Assembly (NCBI GenBank): GCA_025201805.1
Contig: MU619288.1
Coordinates: 132,068-196,067 of the forward strand
Length of the DNA stretch: 64,000 nt
Direction: 5' to 3'
DNA from: Parasitella parasitica NRRL 2501
Taxonomy: Eukaryota; Fungi; Mucoromycota
Positions 37,337 through 50,836 of this stretch are shown one piece after another. The position numbers and the translations under genes were made by a program. The notes below the pieces were generated by a model. It saw only the letters and a list, made by a program, of their open reading frames with translations, did no database searches and was not told where the DNA came from. Positions within the stretch are counted from its first letter, which is position 1, and each line of letters begins with the position of its first letter.

Positions 37337-38929
37337 TTTTTTTTTTTCACAAATTTAAAATATGTATTGTAAAGAGAAAAAAGAATCGAGTTTCCTCAAG
37401 ATATGCACATTTGTATTTATAGACATTCCCCTTTCTCTTGACAGCTGGAGAGCGATAATCGCGCACTAGACGATGTCATCAGCACTTTTGAAGATCTCGT
37501 TGTTACAAACGGAGTTCCGTTGGCAAAGCACACCAAAGATGAAATATTTAGTAGAAGGAAGCATAGTTAAACTTCATATTGATGCCAACTTAGACGTCAA
37601 TTCTACCGTATTTTTTTTATTTTTTTATTGCATATTTCAGCTGTAATAAACATTCAAATCTTAAAGTGTAAACATTTTCTTCAAGGTTTCATTTCAACAA
37701 AAAAAAAAAATACGGAAATTATGAGCCGATAATACATTTTGTTTTTTCCCAGCAAATTCTATTACCAATATTTGGTTGTACACATACAATTCTAGGCAAA
37801 AACAAAATAACTCTTACATTCCTGTTGCTAGTGTTTCCATTGTGGCCAAGAATGAAACTAGTGAAATTTATTGCAAAAAAGTGAGTAGTACTTTTACTAG
37901 ATGTATATGCTGTGTAAGACTCCACAATAATGTACATTTTACCTTGCATCTGAGTTTTTCGTAGCAGCGAAAAGCTCTCGATTTAAGCCAATCATCAGTT
38001 TTTCCAGCTTTCGAATGCAGCCTATTATCAAGGTACTCAGATCTTGCGTTTCACTGTCTTTAAAAGCCCATGTTGTACCATACATAAGTGACGAATATAC
38101 TACAGAATATATTATTAACATGCAGTGTCAAGTGTATGAATCAACGCACATTGGTCTCCTATTATGAATTCAAATTTAGGTGTACATTCAGTTCTCTAGC
38201 CAGTCATGATCAATCATTCTTATTGAGAATCAAAGCGTCGACTTCATCAAAATACATCTTTTGGATAGTTAAAGCTGTGAAACCGAAGTACTGCACAGCT
38301 CCAAAGTCGTCTCCAATTTTGGCCAACAAGAGCCTGTTTTCTCTTTATTTGTGCTTTTGTTAGGTCTTATACCACCCTTCATACACGTTGCTATTATCGT
38401 AGTTAATAAAAGTTGCGAAATTCATCATCTAATGCCTTTAAAAAGTAATGGAACTTCTCTACTTGGCTTTACAATTAAAAAAAAGACGACATTTATTCAG
38501 ACGTTGGTTACTATACAGACTTGCCATATTTGGAAATATTTTGACATGTCAACTCCGATAATAAGTGGATATTGAATCAGCTGCAATTTTTGTCTAAGCG
38601 TGCAGTCCTTTAGTGTAAACTATGTCGGATTCTTTTAATAGGAGTTGTTTGTATAATAGCAATATATTATCTGAATTTGGACTTCTTTACCGAAACCTAA
38701 AAAAGTATATGTATACAACGAAAAAAGCTAAGAATAAATGGTTATGATTGGCCAGCACTACAGGAAACCTTGTTTTGGTAAACTTCCAGCTCGTTCGAGC
38801 AACATAACCCTTCGTCGACGTCAGCACAACTACAAAGCCAGTGGCTTATCCAATTCTACATAAGATAATAAACTGCGCGTATACAACATTGTCTCTTTTC
38901 AACATATTCACAAAACTAATCTTACAAAG

Positions 38930-39798
38930 ATGGCTGAATATCTCGCTAGTATTTACGGCACAGAAAAGGACAAGTGAGTTAAATATAGTTGACAATATTG
39001 TTAACAGTTTTACTGACAATCTATATTCCTTCAATAGAGTCAACTGTTCATTTTATTTCAAGGTAAGTAATATTTTCTGTAAGTGTAGAAGGTAATTTAT
39101 TAAAAATGTATTTATCAGATTGGTGCCTGTCGCCATGGTGATCGTTGTTCCAGAAAGCATGTTAAACCCACATTTTCACAAACGCTTTTGATCGCCAACA
39201 TGTATAAAAATCCAGCACACGATCCAAATAACCACATGAACGAAACTCAACTCCAAAATGATTTTGATTTATTCTATGAAGATGTGTTTACGGAGCTTGC
39301 TAATTACGGTGAAATTGAAGAAATGGTTGTATGTGATAATGTGGGGGACCATTTAGTTGGTAATGTTTACTGTCAATTCCGTCTAGAAGAATCTGCTGGT
39401 AACGCAGTAACTAGCTTAAATAATCGATTTTACGCAGGTAATGTATCCGTTTTCTTGTTTACATCTCGTTCTTGTTATCTAATCTTTTCTGTGATAAAGG
39501 TCGACCATTGTATGCAGAATTATCACCAGTGACTGATTTCAGAGAAGCTTGTTGTAGACAGCATGAGATATCCGAATGTAATCGTGGTGGTTTTTGTAAT
39601 TTTATGCATTTGAAACATCCTTCTCGCCAATTACGAAGAGAATTATATGAAGGACAAAGATTGGACATAAGAGAGAAACGCAGAGAGGAAATGCGTCGTG
39701 AGGATGAAGAAAGAAGATCAAGAGATAGGGACTATCAACATGAGAGACCTGATTTCAAGGCTTCGCCTGAGAGATCTGATATCAAACAAGAGTATTAA
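38930..39798 (+). CDS. U2AF1: Splicing factor U2AF small subunit; multi-exon
   Basis: [37 protein letters not shown]; [17 protein letters not shown]; second zinc finger [20 protein letters not shown]. Confidence 0.97.
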
Positions 39799-39870
39799 AA
39801 TTGTAAAGTAGATTTTATTCCGAGTTGGTTTAGAATATATCAAAAAAATAAATAATGCATTTATGCTTTT

Positions 39871-42056
39871 TCAATACGCTTCACCATATTGTTTTCTATT
39901 AATGTCACGAGTATTTTGAAATGGCACGACTGAGTCGGTATGTGATTGTCGATCGTATAGTGAACTGGAGCATGAAGAATCACTTGAAAGTACATGATTA
40001 TGTTGCTTTGGAAGTGGAAGCAATTTAGGTACTCTTCCAATGATATTAGAATTTCTGCTTGTTTGTTGAATAATCTTGAAAAACTGCTTTTCATTGAAAT
40101 ATTTGAGAACTTGCCATGTAGGATTCAAAAAGGATAGCTTTCTTTCAAAGTATGAGAGTTTCTCTGTTTCCTGTTGTTAGAAATGAAATGTTTAATGCCA
40201 TTGTATTAACCCTTACGTTTTCCGATGCCCCCATTTGATCTGATCCCATGAAGGGTCTTGAGTGGAGGAGCTAGTAGTCCTTTTGCTCCTTGAACAATGG
40301 GAGGTTTACCTTTTTCGATTCGACATATATTTCTTGCTATGCAAACGCCTGCTAACGTTGCAGCATAAGCGGTCTTTTCTTCTTTTACATTTGTGGCATC
40401 TCCGCCAGCAAATACATGATTGTACTTCCAATGTTGCAATTGTAGCGTAGGCTTTACTTTGATCAAGCCATTTTTATCTAGAAATTCTTCTAGAGACAAT
40501 TCATTTATGCTCCTTTCAATAAACGCTGTATTGACTCTGACGCCTGTAGCCATAAAAATAGTGTAATCATGGCTGGAATAGATGCTCCCGCTTGATCCCG
40601 TGTAATGATAAACACCTTGTGTGGAATGAGCTTTCATTTTTTCATTCAATATGCTATTCACTCCAAGGCTCTTGAGAAACTTTTCGGCGTTTTTTCTTTG
40701 CTTGTCATCCCCTCTATATATAATTCTATCTCGAGCTTCTACCAAGGTAACCTTCTTTTTTGGAATTGAGGAATCAAATATTTTTTCGGCAATGGAGGCA
40801 GCTAACTCACAGCCTACTAAGCCAGCACCTATATGTAAACTGCATGAGTTTATCTTATTTCATACCTCATTCAATGAGCGTTTTACCTATTATTAGAATC
40901 TGTTTGGCCTTTCTGATTTTGTCAGCTATACTATTTAGCCCTGCTGCTCTGTATATGGTTGATGAATGACTGGATTTTAATTGTCCAGCATAAGAGCTGC
41001 CAGTAGCTATGACTAAATAATCAAAGCGAATCTAAAATCTGATCAATACTACTCGTTATTGTACTCAATCAAAACCTGAAGTACCTTTTCGCCATTCACT
41101 TTGACCCATTTAGAATCTTGGCATATACCTTCAGCCCACCCGATAATGATTTTTCCATTTTTTATATAAGTATCATGAGTAAATCGCAATGATGATGTCG
41201 TTTCAGGGTAGACAATTTTAGTTATGATATGAGGCGTATATTCAAGTGAATCTAGCTAACAGTTAGTGTATTATCTTAGCTATAAGGGGTAAATTTACCT
41301 TTTGTATCGATGAGAGTGACATGAAATAATGGCATAGGGTCCAAAATGGATGCCACTGTGAAGCCCTTTGAAATCATTATTAGCAGTCGATAAAACTTTG
41401 AATGTGTTCGCTTAATTACAGTAAAGCCTCCGCCAATAATGACTACTCGTTTCTGTGCAGAAGTAGCCGAAATACAGCTTAGTTTACTTTGTTTTGAACT
41501 GGCAGTAGCTAGTGGTGATGATAAGAATTCGTTTAACTTGGTCATCTAAGTATATTACGTTAATTAACTGGCATTTATCTTTTAATACAAGCTTACGAGC
41601 ATTGCTAATACTTCTTCTTTAGTTTCTTTCAGTATATCTAGTGCTTGTTCCCGAGTAAATGTCGCCCATTGTATAGTCAAGATCTTTGCTTTGACTAGTT
41701 TTTGTGTCTTGACATTTATTTCTAGTGGTGCATCCACAGCGATAAATGTATGATAGATACTGTGGGTAAATGGATAAATTTAGCTGTGGTTGTGATATGC
41801 TTAGGAGAAATATATACCGTTTAAACATCTCTTCCACATCTTCAGATGTCTTTACTAGATCATGCTGTAGCTGATCTATGGCCTCAATGAACAACAGATT
41901 TTCTTGGGCCCATGATTTTATCAAGTACGACTCGAATGAACTCAACAAAATCGGATCTTTCAATACTTGATGCAAACTGGTATCATTTTTTCCAACTAAT
42001 AGACTTTTCAAAGAATCTTTTGAGAGATTTCCTGTCTTGAGATCCATTTTTATCAT
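39871..42056 (-). CDS. RGS-domain / FSP1(AIFM2/AMID)-like FAD-NAD(P)H oxidoreductase fusion; about 8 exons
   Basis: RGS: VLKDPILLSSFESYLIKSWAQENLLFIEAI..IYHTFIAVDAPLEINV. Phase-0 intron 41546-41596 joins it to KRVVIIGGGFTG, FDYLVIATGSSY, IIGAGLVGCELAA, VFAGGD. Confidence 0.88.
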
Positions 42057-42952
42057 ATATTTGATAATGAATAGTGTAGGAAAAGAAAGAAGAATACCGA
42101 ATAGAAAACGATTTCAAAACTGAAACAGTTGTTAATTTTTTTTTTTTTTTTTTATGTTAAATCAAAGGTAAATTCTAAAGAGACTCATATTTTGGTTTAG
42201 TTTTCCCTTCATTTGTATAATAATAATTATTTTGTCAACAATAAAGAGATTACTGGCTCCAAGGCATTGTTTCTCTATTCAATGTATATACATCAATACA
42301 AAATTTGTTTTAAGGGAACTCAAATTGACAATCGACAATATAACCAGATCTATCAAAAATATATCTTTCCGCCAGCCAGTTTCCTATTTAAAACTACATT
42401 TGGAACCTTTTGCTTCTTTTCCCTTCATTAAAACCCAAACGCTGTGCATCACTGCTAAAACAATCAAAAATTAATTCCGTACAGTTCAAAGCATAATCTA
42501 CTATATTTATTAAGGTACTGAAGCTTATATGTTAAACCATGAAAACTTGCCATTCAACTAATCTACTAAATGGTTCATAATACTTTACGCTGTTCCTCTA
42601 AACCTTTTGGTTTTCAGCAGGCTGTCCCAGAATGGTCTATTTAGAGAAATTGCACGCTGCATTATTGCTATATCAAACTGTTGTGATTCTTTTCACAAGG
42701 CATGTAAAAAATTGAATAGACATATTAATGTTCTCTTCACTTGACTCATATTGACATCAAAGGTGATTAATAGCTACTGGATACACAACCATTGCGAGGT
42801 CCTCCTCTTGCGTTATTTGACCAATCATTCTTTCCAGTACTCTCCATCTTCATTGGTCAAGTGCCTTTCCAAAAGATGCGATTATCGCTTTAAATTCCCA
42901 GATTACATCTCGTTTGGACGTAAACACTTTGTTTTCTCGAGTATCAATTAAT

Positions 42953-44469
42953 ATGGATTACCAAAGATTTATTAGCAAACGTAGTAAAGCTAGAAAGCCC
43001 TCAGCCAGTAAAGTATTAGTAAAGGGTAGTAATTATAAATTGTATTCATTTAAACAATTGTAGTTCGCGCAATCTCTCCTTATCTGCATCAAAAGGATAT
43101 GGTATACAATAGAGAGTTTTATGCCCATCGCTATCAGATATTAATCTTGCCTATAGATTTCTTTGGGCGCCGGCCAACCTAATTCTAGTACATTTCCTTT
43201 TGCCGGCATGAGCATTACTCTCAAGACCGGAGAAACTCTTGAAATCGATGAACAGCTGTTCAATCGTTCGCTATCATATGATTTGACAGTAATTATATAA
43301 TGTTTATTGACATGGAAAGCATTGTTAACATCGGCTAATATAGCCTGGTTTACCACATTTGAATGGCTGGCTTCGAGCATTGCAAGAAATTGAGCATAAA
43401 CCACCCGTAGAGTTTGCTCTATCTATTGGTGTAGGATCCCAAGATTTGTTGACAAAGGTAAAAAATCTCCATCAAAAACTCTGAATATAAATATAAACAT
43501 ATAAACATATATATATATACTCATCATAGATACTTGTAGGCTTTTGACATGTTGATAGATGATGGAGATTCTATCTTGATTGAAAATCCATCGTACACAG
43601 GTTGCCTTTCGTTCCTGAAAACGCTTCGCTGTGATCTCTCTGATGTCCCAACTGATGGCTTTGGCATCGTCCCTGAAGAATTGGAGAAAATGCTCGCCAA
43701 CTGGCCCCAAAGTAATCCTAGCGGCAAAAAAGATCAGCCTAGACCCCGATGTCTATATACAATTCCATGTGGAGGCAATCCAACTGGAAGCACAGCAACA
43801 TTAGAGCGTAAACAAGCTGTGTACAATATATGCTCCAAGTATGATGTATTGATTCTCGAGGATGATGCTTACTATTATCTTCAATTTGAAGGAAAGCGGG
43901 TTCCCTCTTATTTATCTATGGATACAGAGGGCCGTGTACTTCGTTGTGACAGTATGTCCAAAATTTTATCTGCTGGTTTACGCATTGGATGGATTACTGG
44001 GCCCAAACCTCTGCTGGAGCGTATCGATATGCACACCATGGTAACTAATTTGCAACCCTCAGGTTTACCTCAAGTGATGGCTTATCAACTACTTGAACAT
44101 TGGGGCCATTCTGGATTTTTCAAGCATGTGGAGCAAGTAGCTGATTTTTATCGCCAGAAGCGTGATGAGTTTGTCGAGTGCCTAAACCGTCGTATGAAGG
44201 GACGTGCAGAGTGGGTTATCCCTAATGCAGGCATGTTTGTTTGGTTGCGTCTTTTGGGCGGTATAAAGGATTCTCAAGATCTAGTAATGAACAAGGCCCT
44301 CAAGGAGAACGTGCTTGCGATTCCTGGTGTTGCATTCATGCCACATGAAACCAAAACCGAGTATATTCGGGTGTCTTTTAGTAACGTTTCCAAGGTAGAT
44401 ATGGATGAAGCCCTTCGTAGATTAGCTAATGTGGTAGATAAAGAGGCAGCTTTGAACAATTGCGATTGA
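42953..44469 (+). CDS. Class I PLP aminotransferase (2-aminoadipate/kynurenine/aromatic, AADAT/Aro8-like); multi-exon
   Basis: ISLGAGQPN, NPTGST, ILEDDAYYYLQF, DSMSKILSAGLRIGW, GMFVW, IRVSFS. Confidence 0.92.
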
Positions 44470-44735
44470 TCCATATTAGTGTTTGATATTTACTGGAGCT
44501 AGTTTGAATAAATACGCAGTTTTTGTTCTACATACATGGATGATAACTCACCTTTATGTTGGTTTGCTTATGATACTGAGGTTGGTTATTCTATGAGATC
44601 TCCCGCCCGAGTGCCTCTCTTGGCTTTTGCTTACTTGATCTGAACACCAGTATCATGACAGTGACTGTGTAAGCGTGAAATTAGACATTTAAAAGGTTGG
44701 AAAAGCCATTATACCTGGCTGAATATCGTCCCACT

Positions 44736-47417
44736 ATGTCTAAACTGCTACTCGACAATGATGACAACGAACCATCCAGGATTCTCGAGAGAAATATATT
44801 AATAAACGAGAAAAATAATGCGAGAGACTCGTTTGTAAACGAAGTAGAAAAGTCAATTCACGAAGCTACGACAGATTTATCTTTAGGAAAAGCACTTCAC
44901 CTTTTACTTCATGTGCATGGTCAAGTGTTTGACAAAGCTGTTTTATCAATACAAAATTCAACAGCGGAAGAACTTGCGATAAAAGTAACAGAATGTAAGT
45001 ATGGGTATTCAGATATCTGGTATGATCATTGATGTAATACACTAGCTCTTATTGTAAAGGCCATCATATCCATCCAAAATTATATTTCACCAGACATTTC
45101 AGTACTATTCAAGCAAATTTATGATTCACTCAAAAACAAATTTATCAAACAAAAGCCTAACGAGGAAGCTATGCGCATTGTCTGTTTTTTCGCATTGCAC
45201 TCAAACACTTGCCAGGCTCAGGTACAACAGTTCTTGAGAAATGAGTTGAGAAAACCAGACAAAAAGGATCAGCTGGCAGTAGTAATCTTGCTGCAATTTT
45301 TTTTGAAAAACTACGCCAAGTCCATGGACAAGGCACTTTTGGTGCTTTATACCCCTCTAGTAGAATTAGTCGAAATGCGATCAGATCAACCCACACTCTT
45401 GGGATTTTCAGCATGCGAATTAGCGTTGCAGTGTACTCGAAAAGCATTGACGGCAACACCAGTTACAATGTCAAAAGTGGCAACAACAAATAAAATAATG
45501 GAAATCGAAGCATATGAATCAGTTGATAGGCCATCGGAAGTTTGGGATGGGCTTCACAAGATTCTGGATGTATTAGAAAAGGTATAAATTGCAAAAAAAA
45601 AAAAAAAATATTTGCTTAAAAATAGATGAAAATGACAGGCAATTTTGCATTCTATTTAGTGGCAAGCTTTGAAAACAAAATTCGAAATGGCAGCTTATAG
45701 GGAATTGCGTGGTCTGATAGGAAGCAATACTACAGAATGGAATGTTATTTTGAAATATATTACACCTAAAGCCATATTGTCAGAAAAGCCAATATCAACG
45801 AAAAGACAAAAACAAATCTTATCAGACTCTGACGCTAGTAGTAACGCACAACTGTTGCTCTTAACATTGCTTCAAAAAGGCCACTGGATTGATTTGTATG
45901 GAGAAGGGCGAAGCATTACCACCACATCGGTAGAGCAAGATGAAATCAAATCTCTCATTCAACAAACATACATATCATCAATGCAATTGAAACATCTTAT
46001 ACCACAGCTTGCGATAACATTACCTCACCTTTTCCCTTGCTCATTTGTATTAGACAGTGAATTGATGCAGAGTATTATAGACCAGATAGTAAGCCCCTCA
46101 GATGAAATGTTCAAAAATCTAGCAACAATGATAATGAATCGACCAGAACCATCTGTTTGCTATTTAGTAATGCAAACTGTACAACAAACTCACCAACACA
46201 AATTTACGTACAACATGTTATGTCATCTAATAGCTGGAGAACCAGATCAGATTGTACCTATCTTACAAGAAGAATTGCTACTTGTTGTCAAGCATAGCGA
46301 TCAAGCTTGTGAATTGCTGTTGAAATGCATGGATTTTACAGGTATTAAGGGCAATGTGCACCATTTATTGAAATCAGCTGAAACGTAGTATGTCCAGATC
46401 TCCCTAAACTTATTCGAAAATTAATGAAGTTATCGAATGTGGAGGACCAAAGAGAAAAAATGATATACACGGCACTTATAGCCAAAGCCTTGTTAAAAGC
46501 AGATTGGGCTAGTAGTAGCATATTGAACTACGTGGACTTGGTTCGTGAATTCAAGTTTTACAAAGGCTTTGTGACAATTGATGCAAAGATGCATCCTAAA
46601 ACACCTGGAGACATCCCACCACTGTATCCAACAATTGAAGTGACCCAAAAATTTACAGATGACCAAGTAGAGGCTATCAGTAAATCGCTTATGATTCCTT
46701 TGCAACTCTGGAGTGCACAAGTTGGTGAGCAAGATTTCACGTTAGCAGTACGACAACTTGTACAATATAGCTATGGCATCCCAAAAGATGGTACTTGGAT
46801 AGAAGCATGGAAGCAGCTTTCTTTTGCATTCGAGAATAACCATCATCTTGTATGGCCTGTTATAGAGACATGCACGGATATTTTGAAAGAGCAGATCAGG
46901 TTCTATGACACACCACAGCTTGTTGTCACGACCATTAATTTTTCCTTGTAGTATAAATCAAGATGTTGTAAGGCAGACTGCAAATATCAAAGAAAGTGTC
47001 TTATTCTTCAGATTAAGTCCAATGTTAATTTTGCAAGTAAGAAGCCTATATTATCATGTCGTTTATAGATGCACACTAATATTCTCGGCGCTAAGACTAT
47101 ACCCAAAAATGCGTTTGCCCCCGTTTTGCTACCCGAAAGTTACGTGAATTTCATTGCTGACAAGCTGAGAAAAATTGGAATCAGTAAAAGTATGCTTAAA
47201 ATAACCCAACGACAAGATACACACACTCCTACTTGTATCCAATTAATGGAGGAGCTATTACAAAGGTAAAGTACAAGGTCAAGCATCCTAACATCAATTA
47301 TAATAACCAGCCTGTACATATTCATTAAGATCTATTGAAGTGGGTGATCTGGGCCAGGGTATCCAGAATCCAACTGATTTCAGTATTGTTTTACTGGTTA
47401 AATTATTCTGTGTGTAA
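44736..47417 (+). CDS. Uncharacterised alpha-helical (ARM/HEAT-like) protein; multi-exon, 3' end uncertain
   Basis: Chain of long Leu-rich plus-strand ORFs joined by short GT-AG introns; no catalytic motif recognised. Confidence 0.65.
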
Positions 47418-48231
47418 TTAATTTTAATATATGGCTTTTACATTGTAATGCAAATAAAGGATAATCATCACATAGTCGAAGGGAAAAACCAAGCTAATTA
47501 AATTTGCTAGAGGCTAATGTCGTAGCAAAATCTGAAGGCTCGCAGCAGTAATATATTTAAAAATAAATTATCTGGGAGAGTGCTTCTTTGTGAGGGATGA
47601 TACAGTATAACTTGCCTTGATGACATTATGAAATAAATATGCATATCACTCGTTTAGGGCCTTGATAATATCCAAAATGCCATAATAGATTCAAATGTTA
47701 ATAAATCTCAAGCTAATTGGCTTTAGACAGTGTTTACATTTAGTAAATTATATCAGACAGCAATGTTAGCTATTAGGAATCCCAACCGTTGCCATTAGCA
47801 CATTAAACCTTTCTACCAATCACACCTTCCCGCTATAGGTCATTGTCATGTATACATATAATCATAGCATATTATCTCGTATCCTCAAAGCACTGCTGAA
47901 CACCTCTTTTTGTTAAAAATCAAGTTATGCTCAAATAGCCCTGATTGCGCTTGTTTCAGCCAAGGGAAAATTAATCGATACTTTGGCTCTTTATCAAAGT
48001 CTATTGGCAATTTTTGCATCAAAATCTGTGTTAATAGTAAGCTATCCCAAAAACTTTACACAAGCATATCATGCGTGCAAAGGGTGCATTATTGTCCAGG
48101 AAAAGGGCTCAAAGAGCATTACCTCAATTTCTTTGTGTGATTTTACCACTTGATGAATCAATGATTAATACTTTACATACAATTTTATTAAAATCTAACA
48201 GGAATGGATCAATGAAAAAAAAACCAGAAAT

Positions 48232-49088
48232 TTACAGAGTAATCTCGCCTTCAACAGCTCTCGGTTCCAAACCCAAGCCATTCAGACATTTATAATATCT
48301 ATTAGCGTCTTTCGATTTGAGGTATTTCAAAAGCTTTGCACGTTGATGAACCATGTTGCGCAATTGCTTGTAATTGTGCTTGTCTTTACGGTGCTGATGC
48401 AAATGAGAGTTCAAGTTGTGAATACGAACAGTTAAAATAGCAGCTAAATAAAAAAGTAAGTATTCATACATGAAAAAAAAAAAAGAGATCAACCATATTT
48501 CTACCTTGTACTTCAGGGCTGCCCGTATCTCCTTCCTTTCGCTTGAACCAGTCAATAGCTTGGTGAACATTCCAAATTTGAACACTCTTTGCATTACCGT
48601 TTTGAAGACTGACAATCTTTTGCAAAGCTTCTATCTTTTGTTGTTCTGCCTTTAATGCTTCCTCCATGCCATCGACAGCCGCTATATGGTTAGTTTCCAC
48701 CATCTTTTTGGGAGTCTCCTCAAACAAAAATCGTTCATCTTTTTTCGACAAAAAGTGTTGAAATCCGCTGCTTTGATCAGCATAGGCACTGGCAGGTGTA
48801 TGTAAACTGTTGAAAAAAGGCGCAGGCTTTGAGACAATAAATGAGGGCTTTGTGCGTTCAAACTCTGCTACTTTGGCAGCACGTTTAGCGAGATTCTCCT
48901 TTTTGATTTGCTTGGGATGTTTCTTTGCAAAAGCTGCAGCTGACCCATGGAATTCTTGATGCTGAAAAAGACGACTGGGGGTCTTGAGAGCTACATTTGA
49001 TACTTTGAATGAGCAAGATTTAGATGAGAAAATTATTCAATTGAGCCATACCATGACGTCCAGATGAAAAGCTTAAGCGACTCAACAT
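48232..49088 (-). CDS. MRPS15: Mitochondrial ribosomal protein uS15m; 3 exons
   Basis: Presequence [62 protein letters not shown]. Confidence 0.92.
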
Positions 49089-49350
49089 GATGATATTATT
49101 GTCAAAAAGAGAACAGCTTGACCAAACCCTAGAAGATTTTGCTGCTCGTTTTGCCAGGATCGTGACTGGATTGACATTGCAAGCTGCTACAAAACCTCCG
49201 TCAAAGATGCAACTTTAGCATTTGTACCTTTATAAACCATCAATCCCCACAATGTGGTATGATGGTATGCGACCAGAATAAAATAAATTTCCTTGATATG
49301 ATTGTATCTTTATCTCTTTTCCTTGTCGTAAGGAAAAAAAGAAAGTCTTT

Positions 49351-50673
49351 ATGTTGTTATTTAATCAATTTCAAGTCAATGTATTCATTTTGACAGTTCT
49401 GGTGCTGGTAAATATTGAAGTCCGGTGGTGCAAGCAAATAATGATCATATGTCTTTTCTTTTTTCCAGTCATTTTCTTTTGCAAATTGCCTTGGCATTGC
49501 AGCACACAACATGAGTCAACTGGAGGTATATCTTGACCACGTACATCAAGAATTGCAAGTCAATAGCACAGCCAAGAAAGTAATTGTCACAGGCAATGAT
49601 TCTGCAGGTAATTTGAAGTGTGTTCTCAGCGCTAGTCATCCATTCTAAAATCAACTTGAAACCATAAAGATCTCGATTCTATCATTTCTGCACTGTTATT
49701 TGCTTATTTGAGCAGCAAGCAGGATGAAACAACATTGTACATACCGCTTGTCAAGGTGCCCAAAGCAGATTTAGCTCTTCGGCCTGAATTAGCCCATGTA
49801 ATGGGTCTCGTTCATCTTGATCACCAAAAGCTTTTGTGCATTGATGAGCTCACATTGGACGCTGATGCATCAGTAGTGCTGGTTGATCACAATCATCTCA
49901 CGCCTCCACTTGCTCAATACGATGATCGGGTAATTGGTGTTTTGGACCATCATGTGGATGAGCATTTCTATCAATCAGCACCTCTGCGTCGCGTGGAAAT
50001 GGTGGGATCCTGCGTTACTTTAGTATTGGATCACTTTCCAGACTATCTTTGGACTAACAACACAGAGATAGCTCAGCTAGCTCTGGGGCCGCTGTTAATA
50101 GATACGGTCAATTTGAAATGGGAGCTGGGCAGGACGACTGAACTGGATGTCGCGGTCTATCACAAGCTGATTGAAGCATTATACGGTGTTCAGTCGACCT
50201 CAACGACTTTGCTCACAGACGATTATTTTAAATCCATCGAAAAAGTCAAATCTCGGGTAGATACCATGTCGAGCTACGACATTTTGAGAAGGGATTACAA
50301 AGAATTCGTAGTCGATGGATATCGCATTGGAACAAGTGCAGTAACATGGCATTTTAGAGCTTGGGCAGAAAGAGATAGCGCACAGGCAATCAAACAGGCA
50401 GCCATTGACTACGCAGATAAGCGTCAGTTAGACATGGAAGTTATCTTTACTGCTTTTGATCATGATGGCGATTATCGTCGTCAATTGGCTGTTTTCGTCA
50501 TACAGCCCAAATTACAAAGAGTTCAAAACAATTTGGAAAAGAATCTCGATATTCAATTGACGCCTATCAAGGAGTTTGAGGCTACAGGCTTTTACGATCA
50601 AGGCAACATTCGGATGTCGCGAAAGCAAGTATGGCCCTTGTTGAAACAGTTGATTGAACAGCCTCCAGAGTAG
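49351..50673 (+). CDS. PPX1: DHH-family exopolyphosphatase (Ppx1/Prune) with putative signal peptide; exons 49351-49407, 49469-49607, 49670-50673; alternative ATG at 49511
   Basis: GNDSADLDSIISA, LVDHN, LDHH, GSC, LIDTVNL, RRDYKEF, SRKQVWP. Confidence 0.9.
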
Positions 50674-50836
50674 AGGAACGGTTGATTGTAGCCAATCAGA
50701 CAGCAGATCTTGGCAAACGTGATATTTACAGAGAACTCTTTGAGCTCTTCCTCTGTTTCCTTTTAGTAAAACGGAAAGGTTAAAATGAGGGTGACAAGAG
50801 AATAAATTATTGTACAATCTTTTTTCCTTTTTTCTC

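Noticed and set aside
37478-37487. CuSE-like AAAGTGCTGA upstream of the Ctr gene
   Set aside because: A single match to a highly degenerate consensus is expected by chance.
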